Positions 45,708 through 58,500 of a stretch of DNA of 64,000 nucleotides are shown in pieces (positions within the stretch are counted from its first letter, which is position 1; the number at the start of each line of letters is the position of its first letter). Source of the DNA: Tubulanus polymorphus (Eukaryota > Animalia > Nemertea). The notes beneath the pieces were generated by a model that saw nothing but the letters and a program-made list of their open reading frames with translations, was not told the DNA's origin and did no database searches. The position numbers and the translations under genes were made by a program. Location of the stretch: NCBI RefSeq assembly GCF_964204645.1, contig NC_134032.1, forward strand, positions 8,234,275-8,298,274. Reading direction: 5' to 3'.

Positions 45708-48700
45708 ATGGAGTTCGTAGAATTTATCAAGACACCAAAAGTCGACAACGTTGTAATGCGTCGACCTTTCAAACCATCGGTGGAAGGAACTCTGTGTATC
45801 ACTGGACATCATCTATTCCTGTCGTCAAGACAAGACCACAAAGAGGAACTGTGGGTACGAGAAATTATTTTTGATAATTTCAATTTAATTATTTTGGTGG
45901 CCCATGGACTATCCGAATAACCGAATCCAACAGTGGGTGTCTCAGGTTATAGCCAAATCATTTTGGCCCATTGCATTCTTCTCGGTTATCCGCATTAGGC
46001 CTATGTCATCCAGAACCAGTGAGGGTGGGGGGGTTTTAACGAATATTTGGGCTCGAGTAGGCCTCAGAGATGCTAGTTTTCCGGAAATATCTGGAATTCC
46101 GGAAATTTAGGATCGCCGAAATTTGGTGAGAATTCCTGGCGGCGACCAGTAATGGCACGGACCGTTAAAGTGTTCGTTTGCTTGTACTCGTCGTCGCTTC
46201 TGTGTTATTTTATCTTGGTCTCTGTTTCCGAGGACGTTCTGCTACAATGTATATATGTGTGCTTGTTGTGGTATCTGTGCGTGCGTAGGCGGAGCGCCAC
46301 TGTTGTGACGCCATTTCCAATTAAAAGTCAATTATCTTTACGCGCCGTTGTACATCGTCCCGCTGACGGCCAACAATGTGAAGATGCACGTGGTAATAAT
46401 TAAGATGATATTTAATAAATATCATCTTAATTATTACCACGCGCATGCTATGTCCTGAGGCACGCAGCTTTGTAACTTTCTTTTTGCGGGACGGTCTGCA
46501 AAATGAGCACGCACGGAAAGATTTCAGTCGGGAGTCGGCCGATATAAAGGCAATGGACAGCGGTATAAAAAATAAATTTAACTGGCACTGGCTAGAGTGT
46601 AAGGACAGTAATGGGGACTACTTATCGAACTACATTCGTAAGATAGACTTAGCTGGCGTGGCGTACTGCGTCATTTGTAAAGACCAGGTCAAATACTTTA
46701 GTGGCGGGAAAAAAGATATTCTTCGTCACCCGGATAGCGCGCGGCATAAGAAGGCAGCGAGGGATGTGAAGCACAACGAATGCCTGCCATCGTATTTTCA
46801 GATGAAAGATGCCGATCATGATACTGCATCTCCGGCGATGCAGAAACGCAAAATTTTTTCTGGGGGAGGACCCCCAGATCCCCCCCGTACTAAATTCTGG
46901 AATTTTGGTACTTTGGCCCTAGCATCTCTGAGGCCTACTCATGTTGATGGCTTTGAGAATGTTTATCTAATGGTATGGTATTCAATATGGTATTTCCCTT
47001 TTTCCACACAATTTCCCTTTATCTACGCTGTGGCTTGAATTGATCTGAATTATAAAATTTGGAGCCAAATGTTGTTTATAGTGGGTTGCTCAAGTCATCC
47101 TTTTCTGTTGTGGGTGGCTCCGAGAGAATATCTGAATCATGGAACGTCAGAGAATCATTGTATTCATAGCCATCCCTTGCTCTATTAGTGGTTGGCTCCG
47201 GGTAGACTTTCCCTGCTGATATAGGCCTATTGTATCTGATACATTGTATACGTGTGTTTCTATTTTCTAGTTGTTACACAAGAACGTGGATTGCGTGGAG
47301 AAGCGCTTGCAGGGTTCGGTCGGCGTTCTCACTTTGAGGTGTAAAGATTTCACATTTTTGTCTCTGGATATTCCGTCAGTCGAGGACTGCCTGAATGTCG
47401 CCAGCAGCATCGAACAACTTTCCAATATTGGTATGTTGCATAACTCTGGGTATATTTAGGGGCGCTGACCAAGCTTCACTGTTGATTTTCACCCCATTTT
47501 GGACCCGCCAGGCGATTATTGCATTCACTATATCGGTAGCTAAAAACTAGCCTGATCAGAATCAAGATGGCCAACAGGCAGCCATTCTTACTCACTGAAA
47601 TCAGCACTTGAAAGAATATTGAAGCTTTGAAAGGAAATTTTGTAGACATTGTTTCTATCAATTATTTCAATGTTTTACGTGTATATGTATCCTCCTGTAG
47701 AACCAATTGTCGTCTGAAGAATTGGGGCCTGTGGCCGTTTTTGTGGCCAAAATATCATTTGTGGCCTGAAGCCTGTAGCTTCTGCATACCCCGTACATAT
47801 CTTGTAATCACATTTAATTGCAAAGTTGATTGATGAGTTTCAAACTCATTGATTACTGTATTTGTTCTCCTGGGGGCCTTGAATATCGAGCTTATTAGAT
47901 TGTCAAGCATTCCGCCATGCGAGCATTGTGTCCCTAGTTGAGTTGATATTGAAAATTTATTTCGTAGAGAACATCAACTTGTCGTATCCGTTTTTCCATC
48001 GAGCCGGTTTTGAGATTATCGAGGACGGCTGGCAAGCGTTCACCCCGGAATCAGAGTTCACACGTATCATCAGCTCGACAGACGAATGGAGAATCAGCCA
48101 CGTTAATAAAGACTTCGAGGTAGTGCTCTCCGGAAATCATGGCCGCCTTCGTATACCACCCTACGACGCTATGAAATTACCGCTAGACACTTTCAGAAAA
48201 GATGGCTGCCATCGTAAATCTCGCCATGACATCATCAAATTGCCATGGAAACTTCCAGAATAGATGGCTACGTACCTTCTTTAATACCCTTAACTATATC
48301 ATCATATAACCCCTAGGCCTATACATCTTCCAGAATAGATGGGTGCCATTTTAAATCCACCGGTGACATCATTAAATTACCCCTATGGACCCTACTTTAA
48401 AAGCTGGCCGCCTTAAATTTCATATTCCCCCTATGACACCATCAAATATTGTCAGCACAATTTATTCTGCAGTGTGTACAATGTGTCAATTTTGCTATAA
48501 GAAGTAAATGATTTGGAAATTCGAATACATATTTCAGGTTTGTCCATCGTACCCGCAGGCGGTCGTCGTGCCGAAATCAATCGATAACGAAACGTTGAAA
48601 AAAGTTGCTAATTTCCGACACATGGGACGATTCCCAGTACTCAGTTACTACCATAAAGATAATAAGGTAATGGTAAATAATACATATATTACAGGGTGGC

Positions 48701-51700
48701 TTCTTACCTTGAATTCAGGGGGAATAGTCTGGAAATCTCGCAAAACAGCTAAAATCAAGGAAATTCGTTGACATTGCATGATTGTGCGTAAAATTAAACA
48801 GTTTCAGTGCTTCTTAGTTTGATGTCCCTGTTTGCATCGCGCACGTGGTTGTATTATTGCTTACATGAGCGTCTTCAACAGCTGATACAACCGCACCTGT
48901 CAATCATCTTCAGTTTCTGTGTATATCTTACATATTTGACTGATCATATCAGGGAAATAACGTGCACGTCAAGGAATAATCAGAGGACGAAAAGCAAGTG
49001 AACTTAAAGTGGCCACCCTGTCTTATACAACTAACAACATTTAACTCTGAACTTAGAGACACCATCTCTTTATGGAAAATATTATCCATGTACATGCACC
49101 TGTAGACACTTCTACAATAGATGGCTGCCTTGATAAATCTATATCATATAGTTGATCCATAAACCTCCCAAGAAAAGATGGCATAAATAAGTTACCCTAT
49201 AACATATCAAATATGTAAAATAGCCTGAAAGACACTTCCATAAAAGGTGGCTCAGTGTCTTCAATAAGAGCCAGGTCCCGGGTCCCAGACCCATCTGTCG
49301 TTTTTTGAGGACCACCTGTTTTTCAAACCAGCTTTCGTTTCAGGGACTGTGACATATTATGGGACCCTCCTGTTTTTCGAAGGGACCTGGCTTGTTAATT
49401 TCTTACTAAAAACACTGTGGCTGCCTTCATAGATCCGCCAATGACATCATCAAATTGCTCTTAATTATTGAGACCCTTACGGAAAAGATTTGGGTCAAAC
49501 AGATTTTGGCCATCTTTTCTGAAATAGGCCTCCTGGGTTACAAAGGGTTTCGGCTGTAGTCGACCGCTAATGAGAGACTTTGTTACAGACGGTTATATTG
49601 AGGAGCAGTCAGCCATTGACCGGTCCCAACTCGAGACGTTGTCGCGACGACGAGAAACTGGTCAACGCCACTCTCGGCATCGGCAAACGAGGCGGTTACA
49701 TCATCGATACTCGAGCGCCATCTCTGGCTAAAGTAGCGCAAAATAAAGGTACGTAATTCGCATCGAATCCGGCTTCATGCCCTACGGTCATGAACCACAT
49801 CCATGAGTTAATAACCCTCTCGGTTCATCTACACCGCGGTGTATCGATGTATTAGATAATTAGTTTTTCTCTCTCACCTGTCAAACAGTGAAATATTAGT
49901 GGCTAACAGTACACCGCACCGCAGTGTAGCAGTACACCGCCCAGCAGTGTAACAGTACACCGCACCACAGTGTAGCCGAGTACAGTAGATGCTTTCTAAC
50001 ACTATGCCTTTTAATGTTCAATGCACTGGGTTGGAACTTTTCAAATTACCTCCATTACTTTAAGATATTAATTAGTCAGCACTGAAAGGCTTAATTAAAG
50101 AGTGACCCTAAGAGATGGATAATTTGAAAATGAAGTAATCTGTTTGATATGCAATTTTGATTTGCCGGTGTGGAACTATAGCCCATTTTAATAGACCTGA
50201 GTTTCATAGATTTTGAAGAAAGATAGTCCCTGGGAACATTTTAGAATTTGTCAGTTATAACCATGGTTTCTCGTTGTAACTATGGTGGTTGTCACCCAAA
50301 TTTAGGATTTACCCCTAGGGATAACTTAGATACTCAGTCTATGAAACCGGGTCCAGGTCTATTCAAATCAAACGGTTTATTCCTCGGTAATTGTTCTAAT
50401 AGTTGTGATTTAGCATTAACTTTTGAGTTGAAATCTCTTCATTTTCATTTGAGTCGTCTCAGAGTCAAATCTTGCCCAGAACTGCGTCCTGTGTATGAAA
50501 GTGACATGTGACTAAAATGTTGAAATTATTTTGAATATGCACTCGTTGCAGGTGGCGGTGTCGAACCGGAGGCGCATTATTCGCAGTGGCGCCGCCTACA
50601 TCAACCGATAGAACGGTTCAGCGTCCAACAGGAATCTCTCATCAAACTACTCGAAGGTGAGAATTTTGAGTCGTGAATTTTCATTCAAGATTGCCGCCGA
50701 AAAAATTGGGCAAACCTAGCTTTAATTAGCATAGTGATAGTTTGATTTGGGTCTTCAGAGTGATGAGGTGATAGCGAATGGGTATGTCAGGTGTGAAGGG
50801 AGGTAGGGGGGTCTGTGATGGGAGTGGTTTAGTTTCATAATCTACTATTTACCGTAACTATAACATTATCAAATTTCTCCGCAATAGACTCGATCAGAAG
50901 AAGGCTACCTTCCTAAATCCACCTTTAACGTCATTGATATGATCAACCAGGTCATTCATTACCTTGATAAAGTAATAATGAATACAGGGGTCAGTATTAT
51001 CAGACTTTCATTCAAGACTTGATGGGTACCCAAGTAATGGTCCTGATTTGTAAAAACTGCCGTTTCAATCCGGGGGTTATTTGAAAGACGTATCATATTT
51101 GTTATCATATTACATTTGCCTGGATATCGGGAAAAAGTTGGGGAATTTTCTTTTCTTTAAACAACTCAGGAGATAGTCGGGGAATTTCGTTAAAAGAAGC
51201 TAGAAATCAGGGAAGAGTCGCGGAAATTTGCCGCGAATAGTCCAAACAGTTTCCATCTATGTCTTGTGTTAATTGATTGGATTGTTAGCAGATCAAGTCG
51301 AAGAAAACGACGTACATCAGCTCATGTTTATTTCATGCCGATGTAAAGTGCATTGATAATTTGTAGGAGCGCACTAAGAAAATGAATTGTTATCGTCAAT
51401 TATTACATGTCAGGGAAGAGCAAGTCAAATAGTAGCCACTCTGGTTAATTCATTCAATTAGCACTCAGGAAGTTCACTAAGTAGTGTCGATTACTCCTCA
51501 GAAAATTCAAGGGAAAATCCATGTTTATCACGATTTCCGAATAGCTCATTTGCTGTTTATTTTCATGCATTACAGGCTAGTGTTATTTTGTCATAAATAG
51601 TCATGGCTTTCATATGATATATAAGATTTGATGAGGTGGGCCACCCAAATCGAGTCCTTTTGGCCCCCCGAAAATCATCCAAATTTACTCGCATTTTAAG

Positions 51701-54700
51701 TGAGCGCTCAGATCTGTCATGTTCATACGCCAAATACTCGAGAATTTCAAATAGGAAGGCGTTGATTTCTATACGGTATTTTAAGGGCTTGGGTGTCTAG
51801 TTTATCATAAGCTATTGGGTTCAAATCCCGCTATGACCGTTTTTGTGCAGCATACAATAAAAGTATCAGGGCGGGTGGCTTGAGGAGAAATAGGCAATGC
51901 GGATACAAGCGGCTTGAGTGCTAATGGGTTAAAATCTAAAAGATCGAACGCCAGATCCAGCCCTGAAATTTCGAATCATTCCGTTTCTATTTTGCAGCGT
52001 GTAGCGATACGAACTCGGGTATGGATAAGTGGTTATCGAAGTTAGAATCGTGCGGTTGGTTGAATCACGTTAAGGATATTCTGACGTGCGCGTGCGTCGT
52101 GTCTCAGTGCATCGATAAAGAGTCAGCGTCCGTACTCGTTCACGGCTCCGAGGGCACCGACACGACGTTGCAGGTGACATCGCTGGCCCAGGTGATTCTC
52201 GATCCGGATTGTCGCACGATCCGCGGGTATGTACGCCTTTATCCGCTTTATCCAGATTTTTGCGATCCACTTTTTGACTGAATAACCCAGTTAACCCTTT
52301 CAGTGCGTCTACACCGCAGCGCGGTGTATGAATCAGTGATAGATTTTGCTAGTACACTGCACTGCGGTGTATTGATGGAATTAGTAATTAGCAATTATCT
52401 CTCTTGAAAAATGGCAGAACCTGTCAAATATAGTAAAATACTAGTAACTAACGTTGCACCGCGCCGTGGTGTAGACGCACTATAGCGGTATTCCCATGGT
52501 TCAACACACTAGGGTGGCATTTTTAAAAATTTTCAAATTATCTCCAGCACTATAGAGTATTAATAAGTCAGCACTGAAAGGGTTAAGAACCTTACAAAAA
52601 GATGATAACTGCCAAAAATGATAACTGCCTAGTAGAATCCCCCTATGTTGTTATCAAACCTTTCAGACCCTTCTAGAAAAAATGGCTGCTTAAATAAATC
52701 CCCCTGTTCCCATAGATATTACCAGGAAAAGATGGCCGACACCATAGATCCCCCTATGACATCATCAATTTAGCCCTTACCCCTAATGTCTCTTCCAGGA
52801 AATTAGGGCATTGAATTTACCCTTCTCTGCTGTTCTAGAAAAGGTGACTTGACACAATAAATCGTATGACATCATCAAGTTACCCTAAATGTAAAATCCC
52901 ACGTTTGTTGAATGACTTAAAAATGTAGGTGGTTCCTACTTCAGTCTAATCTTTAGTAGACTGATGAAGGGTGATAGGAACCACCATTGTGGGATTTTAC
53001 ATTTATCGCAGATATTTTGATCCGCTGATTCATCAAATTACCCTTTTCGACCCTTCTAGAAAAGACGACTGCCGCTTATAATGCCCCCTATGACATCATC
53101 AAATTGTTGTCTAATTTATTTGGTTATCTTAAGCCGTCGATGAATTATCTAATCTTATCTTCAATATATTGTCTCTATCATAATGTGTTGTTTTCAGATT
53201 TGAAGCGTTGGTAGAACGCGAGTGGTTACAGGCCGGTCACATGTTCTCCGATCGTTGCGCGAAGTCGGCGTTTGCGGTCAGTCGCCGCCGCACCGAGGCC
53301 CCCGTATATCTACTATTCCTCGACTGTGTCTGGCAGGTGAGTAAAACGAACTGTTTCCGTATTTTTCGCGCAAATTACCAAATGCGTAGCGATTATCAAC
53401 AGAAAGCAATGTTGATGTGGTAGTCTGATATTTATCCCGGTATTCAAAGTTAGTGAGCAAAACTGATGGTTGATGATTTAACCATTTATTTCCTGATAGA
53501 ATTTTTCTCCAGTTCTTGTCCATAACCTTTCTTAGTTACGTACATCTATATTTTCAAATTACCGTATATCATTATTAGGTTATTTTGGTTTCCCTGATGA
53601 TGCTGAATTCTAGTGAAAACTTCGAAACTGCTTGAAAATAAATGGTTGAATCGTCAATTCAGAAAACGATGTTGATGCCGGACCTGGGTTTGGGAGGTTA
53701 CTTTGGGAGTGTCCGGGAGATATGTACGTGACGTTCGTTCTAGTTATATAGATTGTTACAATTGTTTTTTTTTTTAGCTATGGCAACAGTTTCCGTGTTC
53801 ATTCGAATTTAACGAACAATTCCTGACCACTCTCTTCCATCACAGCTACAGTTCACAATTCGGTGAGTTCAGCCCGAACAAATTTCCTGAGCAGACCGAT
53901 TTTAGCAGCAACCCATAAGGCCTTATACAGTTTTGAAGAATTTGGACACATTTACGTATCTTCATTTTTGATCAAAAGACAACAATAATCTTTGACCATG
54001 AAAATATTGTTTTAGGTACATTCCTGTGTAACAGCGAGGCAGAGCGAAAAAAACATAAATTACCGGAGAAAACGGTCTCTTTATGGTAAGTTAAGTTCTA
54101 TCCAACTCGGAGGTCCAGCTGCGGTCAATTCTTAGATTTTTAATACCGAATCTTAGGATGATCATTATGGATAAAGGTTCTGGGGCTGGTTCCGTAGTGA
54201 GGGCTTCGATTTCAGACCAGTCATAGACCAACTTCTGACAAACTAATACCATAACAATGTCTTCAGATTCCTTTTGGGCTTGGGTCTCGTCTATGGATCC
54301 AGCCCTTGATCAAAAACAATTTTTACCGATAAAAGCATAACGAAACATGCCGCGTTTTGGGAGGATATCAAAAAACAGAATCAGTTGGCCTATATCACGA
54401 ATATAAGGAAAAACTCTTATTTTCCCGTGCGTAGGTCGTTCGTCAACCGGCCGGAGGTCATGTCAGAATACATCAATTCGTTGTACGAGCCGAATCTGTC
54501 GGTGATCTGGCCGTCGGTGGCGCCGCAGAGCATCGGCGTGTGGACCGGACTGTACCAGTGCTGTCTGATCGACCCGAAGCACAACTTAGCCAAGTGGGCC
54601 GAGATCACTCGCATTAAAGAGCACGAGAAAGAGATGAAATCAAAAGTTGTCCGGCTACGAAGGTAAGAAAATAGCCATAATTTGAGTTGGATATACCCTG

Positions 54701-55581
54701 GTAATGTGTGTAAACCATTGGCGGATCCAGGGTCAGGTGCAACTTCAAAATAGGGTCAGGTGTAACTTCAAAATAGGGCGTATCAAGTAATTAAAACTGA
54801 AAAAGAATGCTCATCGGAAATAATTAACTCTTTTTTTGAAAATACTGAGAAAAGCTGATGAATTCAAACTTTTGAAGGTATCAGTTTGAAATACGTATTT
54901 CATTTTGTCGTAAAATCTGACATTTTTTGTAGGGGCGGTTTACACCCCATGCACCCTCTACCCCTGTAAAAACCATTTCATTCGCAAAGTGTATGAAAAT
55001 ACTTTGCATATGGTAATTAATGCAAATTCATGCAAAACCAAATTAAAAACTGTAGGAAGGGCTAGAGTTTGTGTAAAAGTTTCAGAAATAATTCTCTCAA
55101 ATATCTGAATGCCCCCTAGAAATCTTTCATTTCAAAATAACCAAATATTCTAAATTAGTAAATGATCTAATAATAGCCATATTTTCCATAATTCATGCGA
55201 CCCCAATCATGGCTCTCAATCCATTTAAGGCCTTCGCGACGCCTGTAGAAATTGTTCACCCATGATAATCTCTATTCCGTCACAAGATCTGGTGAAACTT
55301 TAGTTCTAGTAGCTACTAGTGGCTACTTCAAATTCGCTTTCTTAATGCAAAATGCCCCCAGTAATATGCGTTGACTGTGTTATAATTTCCCAACGCAGTT
55401 GATGCACAAATATTACATCATGAGCCATCGAAATCCTTGGATTCGTGCAACCTTATATCGAAAATAACTAGGGGAATTTTGATGTGCAAAATTTTTACTA
55501 GTCCTACTATTATCAAATTTCAGGACGTTGGCAGCGTTGCAAAGGGAGGCGACCAACTCGGCGTTGATTCCACAAAATTAA
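45708..55581 (+). CDS. MTMR9: Myotubularin-related protein 9 (inactive phosphatase), 553 aa, 12 coding exons: 45708-45854, 47271-47430, 47968-48119, 48538-48666, 49589-49748, 50552-50656, 51998-52226, 53198-53336, 53778-53862, 54016-54085, 54435-54662, 55524-55581
   Basis: GT-AG introns, phases match, 1662 nt open. [15 protein letters not shown]...[11 protein letters not shown] (PH-GRAM), [22 protein letters not shown], degenerate active site [18 protein letters not shown] lacking the Cys and Arg of CX5R (MTMR9 hallmark), [21 protein letters not shown]-terminal coiled coil. Confidence 0.96.
46065..46930 (+). mobile_element. Internally deleted hAT-like DNA transposon in an MTMR9 intron, retaining an N-terminal zinc-finger coding fragment
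   Basis: TIR CAGAGATGCTAG/CTAGCATCTCTG flanked by AGGCCT on both sides; ORF fragment KFNWHWL...[31 protein letters not shown] resembles the C2H2-type finger at the N-terminus of hAT-type transposases; no catalytic domain. Confidence 0.7.
48150..48450. repeat. Degenerate intronic repeat (CCCCTATGACATCATCAAATTACC...TTCCAGAAAAGATGGCTGCC), also ~49100-49460 and ~52620-53105
   Basis: Same motif pair recurs in three MTMR9 introns. Confidence 0.65.
49813..50094. mobile_element. piggyBac-like MITE family A, diverged copy with internal 23-bp triplication
   Basis: Colinear with 52295-52582; CAGTACACCGC...AGTGTA x3 at ~49907-49975. Confidence 0.65.
52295..52582. mobile_element. piggyBac-like MITE family A, intact ends
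   Basis: TTAA|CCCTTTCAGTGC...GCACTGAAAGGG|TTAA. Confidence 0.88.
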
Positions 55582-58500
55582 GATCAGCGGACCACCGCAA
55601 TACGAGGGGCAACTCGCACAAGACAAAACGTTACGATCAAATTCTGCCGCATTTCTACTTAGATAGGACTTACTTAAGCGGGGGAAGTCCGCACTTTCTC
55701 ATACATAATTGTAGTTGAAGTACGTACTTGTGTTGTGATAACTAACTGGCTGTTTGTCGTTATTAGTTAGCTCATTATTATATTGTCCCAGTTTTTACGT
55801 GATAGGTGAATGATCCCTTCGTAGATAAGTACGTACTTTTCGGGAGTGAGTGAGTGGTGTTTTTCGAATACCAATTCATTTGAACAAACAAACTTCATTG
55901 ATGGTTGTGAGTCTGAAATATTTCCTTGAATGAACGATACCTGGATTTCATACATGTATTATGTGTCAATTCGGCTCCGGTTTTGTTAACATAGGGGACG
56001 AAGGGTTTGGTACCTTAGGTTACAAATTGACTTCCTCCGCGATAAAAGAATTTGTACCAACTAGAAATCAAAGAATTTTAGACCTTTGCTTGTCTATAAA
56101 TTTTCTGCAACCGTGATTTTGTCCGTAGGGTTACTAGTAGATGAGTAAATTTGCACTCAATGGACCTGCGCTTGACAAATTATAGAACAGTAGACCCTGT
56201 TTAATCCATATTGTTCGGAAACATTGAAATCTACCTGGTTTACGAGAAGACTATGTCTTACTTCAGTTACTGTAAAGGTGGATGGTTATCCAGCTGAAAA
56301 CATGGATTAAGCTAGGGCTGGAAATTTTTAAAAGATTTGTCCACCGACCTCAAAATACATTTGAAAGAGATTACTGTTTCTGTTTTTGTATTGTTATTAG
56401 AATTTTATTGTAAATATTCTTAATTTAAGTTGAGGCCTAGCTTTACAGACCGGTCAAGACAACTTGGATCTAGACGTTCTACATCCAAGTTGTCTTCGTA
56501 GAATTGGTTGATGGGTCTAATATCTGAACCTGTCTGTGAATTGATTATTAGCAACTGAACCAAAATTTAACTTGATAAGGTTTTCCCGTATTTGGGGCCT
56601 CAGCGAGAAATATCTTTCTATCTTAAGAATTCCAAAGGGATATCGCAATGACTCTACAGTTGGTCCACTAGGTGGCAACAGTGTGTATTTGGACAACAAA
56701 TTTCTTCTTGAATTGAGTTGAAATCTATCCATAATTCTGTGAATGAAAATTGTGCTCCAGAGGTCATGTGTGTGACATCATAGCTTGTTTGCAAACCAGT
56801 GGTGCCGACTCGCAATACAGGGGAACCTCATTATACCAAACTCGGATATAACGATTATGAACCTAGATCTTTATTCCAAATAAGAAAATTTTTTCTAATT
56901 AACAATTTCAATTATTTAATGAATTTAAAGAAACTAGCAGTTGTTACAAACATATTTTCTGGTCCCCTGGAGTTCTTTGTAACGAGGTTCCACCGTCCAC
57001 AAAAAATAATCAGGGGATTCAAAAACTTCCGACGGTCCATCGCGTAAATCCCTTAATGTCATGTTTGCCGACCAATTTATATGGCGTAGTCAAGTTGGAA
57101 AACCACATGGCTGCAAGACCTCTATATCTGAACCCTTGAATCAATCATGAGTTTATCACGAGATACAGTGAAATCTGCTTAATCCGGAGTTTGGTCTAAA
57201 CCGGACAATATTTGCAGTTCATTTGTTGTTCATTAATATACAAGAAAATGACGTTTAATCCGGATTTCGGGTAAACCGGATGAATATGTTGGTCCCAAAT
57301 GATCCGAATTAAGCGGATTATACTTTAGGATTTGCCTTATATTATTTCTCATGTGGTAGGCTTAAAATCTAGTTGAAAGTTAACTAAAAATTAACAGAAT
57401 TTTCCTTTCGATGCTCACACCGTTTAGTGGGATAGCAGCTGGTGGTCCTCATTGGGGGTTGATGATATATCCAGGAATGAAAGGTTGCCTCTCTTTAGTC
57501 TACCCTAACCTTTCCATTGTATTCAAGTCATTGAGGTAACTTTTCATACCTAGATACATCAAAAATCATCGTTGTGGTTCAGAGGGGTTGTTATTGTGTA
57601 ATTTAATATCTAGTCATTAGAAAATTATTATAAAAAATATGTTATTGTGAAATATGAAATAAATTCTTATCGATATCAAAACACATTCTCGGTTGTTGTT
57701 GTCCGTGTAAAGGATTTTGAAGTTTAATTGTATCCAATGAAAGGACGATTAATAGAGCAAGCGACAATGGTTCTTGTCTCAGGCTTGTACTCTGAAATTA
57801 CCATTACCTTTTGTATATGTAGTATCTAGGTCCAATAGCTAAATTTTGTCAAGACAACTTTCAGTTTCTGAATTTTGACCCCATTCTAGGAGGTCGCCTT
57901 CAAGGTCATGTCACTGAAACCCAGTTATAGCGCCTAGTTCTGTTGTTGGGTGGCGCACCATACTAAAATTGTACAGACGTTTCATTAAGATGGACCCACT
58001 AAGGAAGCTAACCACACGCACAGACCCGCAGGCATACACACAAACCAGGGTTGTATTTAGCAGGAGTTTGCCCCTCCCCAGAGATTTTGGTAAAGTGCCT
58101 TTTTTACAAATATTGCCTTTTTTGGGTTTCTCTGCCCCCTCAAATTAAAATGCTACGTTCAGCCCTGCATACTTCTATGAGAATAAGGGTGTCGGGGAAG
58201 CCTGAGAACAAAAAATTGATAACTCAAATCAATGATTTATTTACAATAATCTTTTATTCTTTCATTTGTTTGTAAAAACACAGAATCTCTAACAAAAATA
58301 ACTAGGTCACATATACATGCCATGAAAATAACTAGGTCATATGTAGTACATATGCTATCGGCGCGAAGGCACATGATCTGGCATGCACATGTTAATGACA
58401 TGTACTGATGATAAATACCGGTAGGTCATATCGAACACATACTCGGCGCATGAAATCTGAAATTGATTTACACGTACATCTGACATGTACATGTAGTTCT

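Noticed and set aside
46445-47038. 197-aa ORF as an independent nested host gene
   Set aside because: Mostly inside TIRs, runs past the element end into intron sequence; best read as a transposase remnant.
52130-52180. Loss of the CX5R catalytic motif as a novel pseudoenzyme event
   Set aside because: This is the established state of MTMR9 orthologues.
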